A stretch of DNA of 64,000 nt from an uncultured delta proteobacterium (GTDB taxonomy: Bacteria > Myxococcota_A > Polyangia > Polyangiales > Polyangiaceae): NCBI GenBank assembly GCA_963806225.1, contig CAWDXG010000004.1, positions 1,632,001-1,696,000 of the forward strand, in the 5' to 3' direction. The translations under genes and the position numbers were made by a program. Shown here piece after piece: positions 29,461 to 40,988 of the stretch. The stretch's first letter is position 1; each line of letters opens with the position of its first letter. The notes below the pieces were generated by a model. That model did no database searches. It was not told the origin of the DNA and saw only the letters and a list, made by a program, of their open reading frames with translations.

Positions 29461-32142
29461 GTGCCTCTGGGTTCCTCGGAGCTGTACGAGCTGTTCCTGG
29501 CGCTCGCTCCGTCGCGCATCGACGCGGCGCGCGGCGCGCTGGAACAGCCAGACGCGGCAGAGCGATCCGCGGAGCTCACGGCAGCCCTGGTGCCACTGAT
29601 CGTGGACGCCGCGCTGCTCGGCGCGGAGGGAGTGAGCGAGCTGGCCCGCGCCGTCGTCGAGAGCCGCAGCGCACCTGTGGGGGAGCTGGGTGCGGCGCTC
29701 GACGCACTGCAGGCCGCCGCCGCCCAGCTGGGCGAACACGACGCTTCGGGCGCGCGCGTGGACGAGTCGGAGCTCCGGGCGCTGGCCGGGCGCCTGCGCG
29801 ACGCCCGTGTCGCGGGGGAAGCGGAAGCACCCCCTCTGGAGCGCGAGCCTGCCGCTCCGGCGCCGGAGCAGCAACTGGCGCCCGACGAGGACGACGAATC
29901 GCGCTGGGTGCCCGAGCTCGCCGAGGACATGATCGCCGCGTTCCTCGACGAGTGCGTGGAGCGCCTCGACGGGCTCTCCGAGCGGCTGCTGATTCTCGAG
30001 GAGCGGGGACAGGATCCCGAGCTGGTCGGCGAGATCTTCCGCGATCTGCACACGCTCAAGGGCTCCAGCGCGTTTGCAGGGCTCAAGAAGATGAACCGGG
30101 TGGCGCACCTCGCCGAGGATCGCATCGGGGAGCTGCGCGACGGCAGCCGCAGCTCCGACCGCGCGCTCATCGATGTGCTGCTGGCAACGCTCGACGTACT
30201 GCGGGCGATCGTGGACCGCGCCCGCGCGCGTCAGCCCATCGACGTGGACGTGCGGCCGATCCTGGCGCGGCTCGCGGACCCATCCGCTCCGCCTCCCGCA
30301 GCGGCGGCGCCCGCCCGCATGGAGACCCAGGCCCTGGCACCCTCCACGGGTGCAGCGGCTCCAGACAAGCACGCGACCGGCGGCGCCGCGCCGCGCGCCG
30401 CAAGCCCGGTCACCTCGTCACAGGGGACGCTGCGCATCGACTTCGGCAAGGTCGATCAACTCATGAACCTTGTCGGCGAGACGGTGCTCGCCCGCGGGCG
30501 GCTGGCAGCGGCCGCCGAGGTGCAGGGCGCGCTTTTGCGCGAGGTGGCGCAGCTCCGCAAGAAGTTCGCGGCGGCGGTGGGCAGCGACGTGCAGAAGCCG
30601 GCGACCTCGCAGCACGGCGCCGGAGCGCTCGTCGACGAGCTGCAGCGCACGGAGCGGGTCCTGTCGGAAACCTACGGGGATCTCGACAGCGGTCTGGGCA
30701 GCCTGGGCCTGGCCGTAGGGCAGCTGCGCGACACGGTGATGAAGCTCCGCATGGTGCCCATCGCCCGGCTCTTCACCAAGTACCAGCGCACCGTGCGCGA
30801 GCTCAGCCACAAGCTCGACAAGGAAATCCACGTGGAGCTCGTGGGCGCCGAGACCGAGCTCGACAAGGTGCTCGTCGAACGCCTCGAGGATCCGCTGCTG
30901 CATCTGGTCCGCAACTCGGTCGACCACGGCATCGAGAGCCCCGACGTCAGGGAGGCGGCCGGCAAGCCGCGCACCGGCCTGGTGCGTCTGTCGGCGGGTC
31001 AGCGCGGCGGCCAGATCCTGGTCACGATCGAAGACGACGGCGCCGGCATGAACCCCAGAGCCCTGCGCGCCAAGGCCATCGAGAAGGGCGTCCTCACGGA
31101 GCAGGAAGCGGAAGCGATGAGCGACGCCGAGAGCCTGCAGCTGATCTTCCGCGCGGGTTTCTCGACGGCCCAGCAGATTTCCGACGTGTCGGGGCGCGGG
31201 GTCGGCATGGACGTGGTCCGCGACACCATCCAGAAGCTCAAGGGCAGCATCCATCTGGAATCCACCCCCGGACGCGGCACGACGATGGAGCTGCGCCTGC
31301 CGCTGACGCTCGCCATCACGCAGGTGCTTGCGGCGCGGGTGGGCGGCGAGCTGGTCGCGATCCCGCTCGACGCGGTCGTCAGTGCCCAGTCAATCGACGC
31401 ACAACAACTCGAGTCGGTGGCGGACGGGGTTTGTCTTCGTGTGGGCGAGCAGCTGGTTCCGGTGGTGGATCTGGGCCAGACGCTGGGGCTGGCCGAGGAG
31501 GTCGCTCTCGGCGACGCCCAGGGCGCCGCGGTGATCATCGTGGACGTCGCCACGGACCGGCTCGGCCTGCTCGTGCAGCAGGTGCTCGGCCGTCACGAGG
31601 TCGTCATCAAGTCGCTGGGGCCGCTGCTGGCCGAGGCGCCCTGCGCCGCGGGCGCGACCTTGGTCGGCGATCGCGTGCTGCTCGTTGTAGACCTGTCCGA
31701 GGTCGCGCAGCTCTCGCGCGAGCCCGGTAGAGCACGCGAACTGGTTCCGCGCTCGCGGCCGCGGGCCGCGAGCCGGGCGCGGGTGCTGATCGCCGAGGAC
31801 AGCGACGTGATCCGCGAAACCATCAAACGCGAGCTGACGAGTGCAGGCTTCGATGTCGTGGCGGCGGCCGACGGGCGCGAGGCGCTGGAGCTCGCCAGAA
31901 GCGGGACTTTCGATGCGATCTCCACCGACGTGATGATGCCGGGCATGGACGGCTACGAGCTGACGCGCGCGCTGCGCAGCGATCCCCGCTACCGGGAGAT
32001 CCCGATCGTGATGGTGACCAGCAAGGACGCCCGCATCGACACGCTGCGCGGTTTCGACGCCGGAGCCGATGCCTACCTGACGAAGCCGTCGGACGCCCGG
32101 GAGCTGATCCGCACGATCGACGCGCTTCTGGCCCGCCGTTGA
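29461..32142 (+). CDS. cheA: Hybrid CheA (pseudo-Hpt, Hpt, dimerisation, HATPase, CheW-like, receiver)
   Basis: IFRDLHTLKGSS, LMNLVGE, HLVRNSVDHGIE, GFST..SDVSGRGVGMDVV, receiver TDVMMPGMDG. Confidence 0.95.
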   Translation: MPLGSSELYELFLALAPSRIDAARGALEQPDAAERSAELTAALVPLIVDAALLGAEGVSELARAVVESRSAPVGELGAALDALQAAAAQLGEHDASGARVDESELRALAGRLRDARVAGEAEAPPLEREPAAPAPEQQLAPDEDDESRWVPELAEDMIAAFLDECVERLDGLSERLLILEERGQDPELVGEIFRDLHTLKGSSAFAGLKKMNRVAHLAEDRIGELRDGSRSSDRALIDVLLATLDVLRAIVDRARARQPIDVDVRPILARLADPSAPPPAAAAPARMETQALAPSTGAAAPDKHATGGAAPRAASPVTSSQGTLRIDFGKVDQLMNLVGETVLARGRLAAAAEVQGALLREVAQLRKKFAAAVGSDVQKPATSQHGAGALVDELQRTERVLSETYGDLDSGLGSLGLAVGQLRDTVMKLRMVPIARLFTKYQRTVRELSHKLDKEIHVELVGAETELDKVLVERLEDPLLHLVRNSVDHGIESPDVREAAGKPRTGLVRLSAGQRGGQILVTIEDDGAGMNPRALRAKAIEKGVLTEQEAEAMSDAESLQLIFRAGFSTAQQISDVSGRGVGMDVVRDTIQKLKGSIHLESTPGRGTTMELRLPLTLAITQVLAARVGGELVAIPLDAVVSAQSIDAQQLESVADGVCLRVGEQLVPVVDLGQTLGLAEEVALGDAQGAAVIIVDVATDRLGLLVQQVLGRHEVVIKSLGPLLAEAPCAAGATLVGDRVLLVVDLSEVAQLSREPGRARELVPRSRPRAASRARVLIAEDSDVIRETIKRELTSAGFDVVAAADGREALELARSGTFDAISTDVMMPGMDGYELTRALRSDPRYREIPIVMVTSKDARIDTLRGFDAGADAYLTKPSDARELIRTIDALLARR

Positions 32143-32436
32143 TCATTGCCGCAAATGACGAATCCGGCACGAATCCAGCTAGATCCATGCCTTGACGCGG
32201 CTGGATCGCGATATGGATCGCCCCCAGCACTGGAAATGCGACCGGATTTGGGATAGGCCATCGGCCTCTTCGCAACGCACCGCGCTCGAGGTGCATGGCG
32301 ACGGGAAGCTGGGGCAGACCGGCTCCGGAACATTCCGGGCGACCCGCGCCAGCTTCCGGCGCTCGCCAGGCTCGATGCGGTGCACCGCGACATCCGTCAA
32401 TCCTCGCGGAGGGACCGCGAATCTACGGGAGTTCGA

Positions 32437-33738
<1,302 letters not shown>

Positions 33739-33762
33739 CACCACGCGCTGAAGCGGGCGTGG

Positions 33763-33803
33763 CGACAGGCCACCGGACACGCGCCGGTGGCCTGTCGTGT
33801 TTC
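33763..33803 (+). terminator. Terminator-like hairpin after metK
   Basis: Perfect 14-bp stem CGACAGGCCACCGG / CCGGTGGCCTGTCG, 7-nt loop, short TGTTT tail. Confidence 0.7.
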
Positions 33804-34055
33804 CGGCATCACGTTGCCGAGCGCGCGCGCTGTGTCCGGACGCGCACGCTTCAATTTTCTCATGCCGGTGCGTACTCCCACCGACAAAACGCGTCGAGCG
33901 CGCAGCGGGACGCCGCCGGGCGCGTGACACCCGTCTCGTCGGCCGGCTAATCTGCTCAAGTTCGGGTGCGGCCGGCACGGCGCAGGGTCCAGGGCTTCCC
34001 ATGTAGCGCCCAGCGAGCGTGCCGGTACTGGCCTGCGTAGCGGAGGCGGAGTGGC

Positions 34056-35308
34056 ATGATTCGTTCCTTTGTTGTCGGGGCTGGGAGCATTGGCTTGTGA
34101 TTGCCGGAGGCCTTTTGGGTGCTCGGTCGACCTCGGGCGGCAGCCACATCGGCGGCGCGGCGGCGGCGCGCAGCGGCGCGCTGAGCGGCTCCGGCGGCAG
34201 CGGCGGCACCATCAATCTCGGCGGCTCCGGCGCCGGCGGCGGGTCCAAGCTCACCGGCACGCCCGAACTGCGACCACTGGGACCCCGACAGCGATTTCGA
34301 CGGCGACGGCTACACCGTGAGCCAGGGCGACTGCAACGACTGCACCGCGCAGATGAACCCGGGCGCCTACGACTACCCGGGCAACGGCGTGGACGAGGAC
34401 TGCGACGGCATACCCGACGACGAGCCCACCGGGTGCGACAAGCAGACCGTCGACATCGCCTACAACGACCCGATGGCGGCCGCGAAGGCGATTGGTCTGT
34501 GCCGCGTGGCCAAGGGGAAGCAGCTGGGGCGTGGTCAGCGCGAAGTACGTCAAGGCCGACGGCAACGCCGGGCATGAACGACGTGTCGCACGGCCTCCTG
34601 CCGGGCTTCGGCCCGACCGTGCACCCGCGCCAGGGGAGCACGCTGCTGGCGCTGTCGAGTGGCGCGGCGCGGCGACCCGGCGACCCGGGATTCCACACTC
34701 CCGGCGAGCCCAGTGCCTGTGCGGCGACCAGACGGGAACGCACAGCCAGACGCCGCCCGGCTTCCCCATCGACTCGCCCTCCTGCAACGGCGTCCAGACG
34801 GCGAACGACCACACCGCCCACGACCCGGCCGCGCTCGAGCTGACGATCAAGACGCCGACTCGAACGCGAACCAGTTCGGCTTCGACTTCGACTTCTACAC
34901 GGTCGAGTACCTCGTGTACGTCTGCTCGAAGTTCAACGACTTCTTCGTCGCGCTGGTGTCGTCCGCCGCCTTCCAACGCGCAGAGCGGGAACATTTCCTT
35001 CGACAGCAAGGGCAACCCCGTCAGCGTCAACAACGGCTTCCTCGAGGTGTGCTCGCCCGGGTCGACCAGCGGCAAGAGCTTCACCTGCCCGAAGGGCACT
35101 GCCGAGCTCGCAGGGCACCGGCTTCGAGGGCCATGCGGCCACGGGCTGGCTGCACACGAGCGCGCCCGTCCCGGCCGGGCAAGACATCAAGGTGCGATTC
35201 GCCATCTGGGACATGGGCGACGAGATCCTCGATTCCACGGTCCTGATCGACAACGTCACCTGGGACGTCGGCCAGGGCGACGCCAACACGCAACCCGTTC
35301 CGCAATAG
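34056..35308 (+). CDS. Choice-of-anchor-L type lipoprotein, paralog 1; heavily frameshifted
   Basis: D.DGDGY..GDCNDC..NPGA..DEDCDG motif, then FDFDFYTVEY, FNDFF, NISFDSKGNPVSVNNGFLEVC, ATGWL, FAIWDMGD..DSTVLIDN across frames. Confidence 0.7.
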
Positions 35309-35323
35309 CCCCTGGACACCACC

Positions 35324-36600
35324 ATGAAGCAAACCCAGCTCATCCTCGGGGGACTCGCGAGCGTAGCGCTCGCGCTCGGCTGCTCCGCGAACACCGGGGG
35401 CAGCCATTTCACAGCGGCACTCCGGGCGGTGGCAGCGGAGGCAGCGCCGGTTCCACGGGTGGCGGGCTCGGCGGCTACGGGGCGACCCCGGGCTCCGGCG
35501 GCGGCTCGACGGGCGGCAATCTCAATCTGGGCGGCGCGAATGGGGGCGGCACCGGCGGCGGCCAGTCGAGCTGCAACCCGACGCAGCCCGATCAGGACGG
35601 CGACGGCTTCACCGTGGCGCAGGGCGACTGCAACGACTGCGATCCCAACGCCAACCCGGGCGCGTACGACGTTCCCGGCGACAAGATCGACGAAGACTGC
35701 GACGGCACGCCGGACAACGCGCCGACGAGCTGCGACGGCAAGATCGTCGACATCGGCTACGGCGATCCGATGGACGCGGCACGCGCGATCGGGCTCTGCC
35801 AGCAGACGACGCAGAACTCGAAGAAGTGGGGCGTCATCTCCGCCGAGTACGTCAAGGCCGACGGCTCGACGGGCATGAACCAGCTCTCGCACGGTCTCCT
35901 GCCCAACTTCGGACCCAACGTGCACGTCCAGGAAGGCAAGCGCATGCTGATGCTGTCCAGCGGCACGGCGCGGCGCCCCGGCGACCCGGGCTACGTGAAT
36001 GCGGGCACCGCCCCGATGGGCACCACCAGCTCCACGCCACCCGGCTTCCCGATCGACTCGCCCTCGTGCCCGCCGGGCACCATCACGGCCAACGACCACT
36101 CGGCGAACGATCCGGCAGCGCTGCAGCTCAGCATCCGCGTCCCGACGAACGCCAAGAGCTTCAAGTTCCAGTTCGACTTCTACACCTAGGAGTACCCGGG
36201 CTACATCTGCACCAAGTACAACGACTTCTTCGTCGTGCTCCAGAACCCGGCGCCGCCCAACTCGCAGAAGAGCAACATCTCCTTCGACAGCCAGGGCAAC
36301 CCCGTCAGCGTGAACAACGGCTTCCTCGAGGTCTGCGCACCCGGCACGCACGGCGGCAAGACGTTCCAGTGCACCAAGGGCACGAGCGAGCTGTCGGGCA
36401 CCGGCTACGCGACAGGCGCTGCCACCGGCTGGCTCGAGACGCAGTCGCCGGTGAAGCCCGGCAGCGTCATCCAGCTGCGCTTCGCGGTCTGGGACATGGG
36501 CGACCACGTCCTCAGCTCCAGCGCGCTGATCGACAACTTCACCTGGTCTGCCGACGCCGCCAAGGAACCCGGCACCAAGCCGGTCCCGGTTCCGCAGTAG
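35324..36600 (+). CDS. Choice-of-anchor-L type lipoprotein, paralog 2; frameshift near 35410 and in-frame TAG at 36187
   Basis: Lipobox ALGC, same motifs as paralog 1; reading resumes in frame after TAG (FDFYT*EYPGYICTKYNDFF). Confidence 0.8.
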
Positions 36601-36628
36601 CAGCTCCGAGCGCCCCCTGGTGGGGCTG

Positions 36629-37530
36629 CTAGCGCACGCAGTTGCGGCCGGCGCTCTTGGCGGCGTAGAGCTGCGCGTCGGCTCGCTCGTAGAGGCGCTG
36701 CGCCTGTTCATCGCTGCCGGAGACGCGCTCCGCACAGCCCAGGCTCACCGTGACGGGGATCGTCGAGTCCTCGAACGTGAAACTCGCCGCCTCGACGGCC
36801 GCGCGGATGCGTTCGGCCGTTTCCTGGGCTGTCGAGAGCGGCGAACCGTTGCAGAGCACCGCGAACTCCTCGCCTCCGACCCGCGCCAGGAGCTGGCCCG
36901 CCGATACCTGCCCGGCCACGACGGCGGCGACCTGGCGCAGCACCGCGTCGCCGGCGGTGTGGCCGTGCGTGTCGTTGACCTGCTTGAAGTGATCCAGATC
37001 GAACACGATCAAGCTGATGGCGGTCGGGTTGAGACGCGAGCGCCACACGGCGTTGTTCAGGCTCTCCTCGAAGTGGCTCTTGTTGTGGATACCGGTGAGC
37101 CCGTCGAAGCGCATCGAGACGCTGGATTTCCTCGTGATACGCGCCTTCGATGTTGCCGCCCGCGATGTACTTGAGCAGGACCTTGCCGATCTGCGGCCGG
37201 TCTCCGTCCGACGAGCTCGCACTCGGTGATGCGCTTCTCGTTCACGTAGGTGCCATTGGTCGAGCCCAGATCCACCAGCTTGTGCGTCTGGCCGGTCCAC
37301 TCGACGCGCGCATGCCGGCGGCTCACCGAGTCGACGTCGAGCTGCAGTCCCGAGGTCGAACCCCGACCTATCTCGACCGGCTGCTCGCCCAGCGGGAGGC
37401 GCTGGCCGAGCTTCGGCCCCGTGATCACGACGAGATACGCCTGCTGCGGTCCGACTATCCGGATGGAGCCGCTGGCGTCACGGGTGATCGTGACCTCTAC
37501 GGTGGTTTCGTACAGATCGTGGTCGGCCAC
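36629..37530 (-). CDS. FHA-GGDEF diguanylate cyclase; frameshifts at 37110-37210
   Basis: FHA IGRG..VSRRHA..DLGSTNGTYVN; DGLTGIHNK, DLDHFKQVNDTHGH.AGD, ARVGGEEF. Confidence 0.9.
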
Positions 37531-37660
37531 GAGTAATCCCGAAGGGTATCACAGCCTTCTGGCGGCCGCGAGGCTGGCCGGGAAGGGCCCGCTCCTCTGC
37601 CACAGGAACGGCCCGGCCGCGCCGGGGGACCGCGGCGGCCGGGTGTTCGTCCACGGACGA

Positions 37661-39073
37661 TCAGATATCGAAATACAGGTGGAACTCGAGCGGCGTCGGG
37701 TAGAGCCGCGCCTGCTGCAGCTCGTGCTCGCGCTTGTAGTCGAGCCACATCTCGACCACGTCCTTCGTGAAGACATCGCCCTTGAGCAGGAACTCGTGGT
37801 CGCGCTCCAGCCCATCAAGTGCGTTCTCGAGGGAAACCGGCATCCGCGGAACCTCTTTCAGTTCCTCGGGCGACAGCGAGTAGATGTCCTTGTCCAGCGG
37901 ATCGCCCGGGTCGATCTTGTTCTGGATGCCGTCGAGGCCCGCCATCATCATCGCCGAGAAAGCGATGTACGGGTTGCAGGTTCCATCGGGGAAGCGCAGC
38001 TCGAGGCGGCGTGCCTTCGGCGAGGGCGAATAGGTCGCAATGCGGATCGCGGCCGAGCGGTTGCGGCTCGAGTACGCCAGGTTCACCGGCGCCTCGAAGC
38101 CCGGCACCAGCCGCTTGTAGCTGTTGGTGGTCGGGTTCGTTATCGCGGCCAGCGCCTTGGCGTGCTTGAGGATGCCGCCCACGTAGTAGAGCGCCATTTC
38201 GCTCAGCCCGGCATAGCCGTCACCGGCGAAGAGCGGCTTACCGTCCTTCCACAACGACTGGTGGCTGTGCATGCCGTTGCCGTTGTCGCCGTACATCGGC
38301 TTGGGCATGAAGGTGGCCGTCTTGTTGTTCTGGTAGGCCACGTTCTTCACGATGTGCTTGAACCACATCAGCTTGTCCGCCATGCGTGTCAGCGAATCGA
38401 AGCGCATGTCAATCTCGCCCTGACCGGCGGTGGCCACCTCGTGATGGCTGACCTCGACTTCAATGCCCACCGACTCCATCGCCAGGCAGATATCCGTGCG
38501 GATATCCATCTGCGTATCGTTCGGCGGACACGGGAAATAGCCTTCCTTGTGCCGGATCTTGTGCCCGAGGTTCGGCCCCTCGTCCTTGCCGGTGTTCCAG
38601 TCCGCTTCGACGCTGTCGATCTGGTAGAAGCTGCCCTTCGAGCCGGCCTCGTAGCGCACGTCGTCGAAGATGAAGAACTCCGCTTCGGGCCCGAAGAAGA
38701 CGGTGTCGGCGATGCCGGTCGACTTCAGGTAGGCCTCCGCCTTCTTGGCGATGTGGCGCGGGTCACGCGAGTAGTTCTGCCTCGTGATGGTGTCCTGCAC
38801 GGTGCACTGCAAAGACAGCGTGGGGTGCTTCGTGAAGGGATCCATCACCGCGGTGACGGGATCCGGGATCAGCAGCATGTCGCTCTGGTTGATGGGCTGG
38901 AAGCCGCGGATCGAGGAGCCGTCGAATCCGAAACCCTCCTCGAAGGACTCTACGGACAACCTCTTGAACGGCACGCTCGTGTGCTGCCACTTGCCCGGCA
39001 GATCGATGAACTTCAGGTCGACCATGACCGCGTCGTGCTTCTTGCCCAGCTCGATGACTTCTTTCGGTTCCAT
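37661..39073 (-). CDS. glnA: Glutamine synthetase type I
   Basis: [50 protein letters not shown], adenylylation-site Tyr in DKDIYSL. Confidence 0.98.
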   Translation of the reverse strand: MEPKEVIELGKKHDAVMVDLKFIDLPGKWQHTSVPFKRLSVESFEEGFGFDGSSIRGFQPINQSDMLLIPDPVTAVMDPFTKHPTLSLQCTVQDTITRQNYSRDPRHIAKKAEAYLKSTGIADTVFFGPEAEFFIFDDVRYEAGSKGSFYQIDSVEADWNTGKDEGPNLGHKIRHKEGYFPCPPNDTQMDIRTDICLAMESVGIEVEVSHHEVATAGQGEIDMRFDSLTRMADKLMWFKHIVKNVAYQNNKTATFMPKPMYGDNGNGMHSHQSLWKDGKPLFAGDGYAGLSEMALYYVGGILKHAKALAAITNPTTNSYKRLVPGFEAPVNLAYSSRNRSAAIRIATYSPSPKARRLELRFPDGTCNPYIAFSAMMMAGLDGIQNKIDPGDPLDKDIYSLSPEELKEVPRMPVSLENALDGLERDHEFLLKGDVFTKDVVEMWLDYKREHELQQARLYPTPLEFHLYFDI

Positions 39074-39116
39074 TTCGCTGTCTCTCCTGTCTCTTGCGCG
39101 TCCGCTGCCACGCTCC

Positions 39117-39593
<477 letters not shown>

Positions 39594-39749
39594 TCAGACT
39601 CGATTCGTGCGCATAAGCGCCCCGATCCTGTCCTTTCTGTCCCGCCCGGCAGCGCGAAGATGACGCTCGTCAAGCCCGCGCGCCGGTTCGGGCGCCCGGG
39701 TCGCTACGCGGCCACAAGGCTCGCCTCGTTCGGCTAGCATCCGGTCGAA

Positions 39750-40805
39750 GTGACAACGACTCCGCCCGTCGAGAACATCGGCCACTACCCGACCCCCGTA
39801 TTCCGCGCCGACGCACTATGCAGCGACGGGGCGGAGCTGTGGATCAAGAACGACGGCGTCGTCAACGACGTGTACGGAGGCAACAAGGTCCGCAAGCTCG
39901 AGCTCGTGCTGGCGGACGCGCTTCAGCGGGGTGCGCGCCGCATTGTCACGGTGGGTGCGTTCGGCAGCCACCACGTGCTCGCCACGACGGTGTTCGCGCG
40001 CCAGCGGGGGCTCGGCGTGGCAGCCGTACTGTGCCCGCAGCCGTGGACCGAGCATGCCGAGGCGACGCTGCGCGCCGGGCTCGGTCTGGGGCTGGAGGTG
40101 GTCACCGCTGGATCGATGGCGCGTGTGCCGCTGCACGTGCCGCGGCTGCTCCGGCGCGGCGACTACTTCGTGCCGCCGGGTGGCTCGAGCGTGCTGGGCA
40201 CGCTGGGCTACCTGCGCGCGGTCCGCGAGCTGGTCGGGCAGATCCGGGCAGGCGAGCTGCCGGAGCCGGACGTGATCGTGGCGCCGCTCGGATCCGGCGG
40301 TACCGTGGCCGGCCTGCTCGCCGGAGTCCGGCGCGAAGGCCTGCACTCGCAGGTGATCGGTGTACAGGTCGCAGTCGGCAGGATGGTCAGCGAGGCGATG
40401 GCGCTGACGCTGGCGTGGGCGGCCCTGCGCCGCGAGGGCATGGCCGGCAGCGGCCTGGGACTCGCGCGTCGGCTGGAGCTCGACGATTCCCATCGGGGCC
40501 GGGGCTACGGCTGGCCGACTCCCGCGGGTGAGCGCGCAAGCCAGCTGGCCAGCCGCGCCGGCCTCCAGCTGGACCCGACCTACACCGCGAAAACATTCGC
40601 GAAATCACTCGAGCTGGTGGGGAGTCCCGGTCCCGCCCGCGACGGGGGCCGGGCGCCGGGCCGAAAGGCCCGCAAGCCGGGGCAGCCGTTTCGCGTGCTC
40701 TACTGGCATACTCTTTCGGCCGCGCCGCTCGAGCCCCTCCTTTCGCGGGGCCCGGCTTCGGGCGAGCTGCCGGCCACGCTGCGTGACCTGTTCCTGCGAA
40801 GCTGA
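39750..40805 (+). CDS. PLP-dependent ACC deaminase/D-cysteine desulfhydrase family enzyme
   Basis: GGNKVRKLE, GSGGTVAGL, LDPTYTAK. Confidence 0.88.
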   Translation: MTTTPPVENIGHYPTPVFRADALCSDGAELWIKNDGVVNDVYGGNKVRKLELVLADALQRGARRIVTVGAFGSHHVLATTVFARQRGLGVAAVLCPQPWTEHAEATLRAGLGLGLEVVTAGSMARVPLHVPRLLRRGDYFVPPGGSSVLGTLGYLRAVRELVGQIRAGELPEPDVIVAPLGSGGTVAGLLAGVRREGLHSQVIGVQVAVGRMVSEAMALTLAWAALRREGMAGSGLGLARRLELDDSHRGRGYGWPTPAGERASQLASRAGLQLDPTYTAKTFAKSLELVGSPGPARDGGRAPGRKARKPGQPFRVLYWHTLSAAPLEPLLSRGPASGELPATLRDLFLRS

Positions 40806-40988
40806 CGCCCGTATAGTCCCAGAGCAGCCCTGCGCGCCTACATGACCGCCCGAAAATCGGAGACTGATCACGCATCGCGCTCGCTGTGCCGCAAGCGGGG
40901 GGGTCGTGGACCGAGAACGAAACGGACCGCGCTACCGACACCGCGGTCAACGCAGGGTCCGCGAAAAGCGTCGGGGGTGGTGATGTAG

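Noticed and set aside
32143..32436. Known SAM-I/SAM-II riboswitch, SRP or 6S RNA upstream of metK
   Set aside because: Diagnostic consensus motifs are absent; kept only as an unclassified hairpin.
36187..36189. Pyrrolysine or amber recoding
   Set aside because: No pyl genes in the window, TAG terminates many other genes here, and the region is error-rich.
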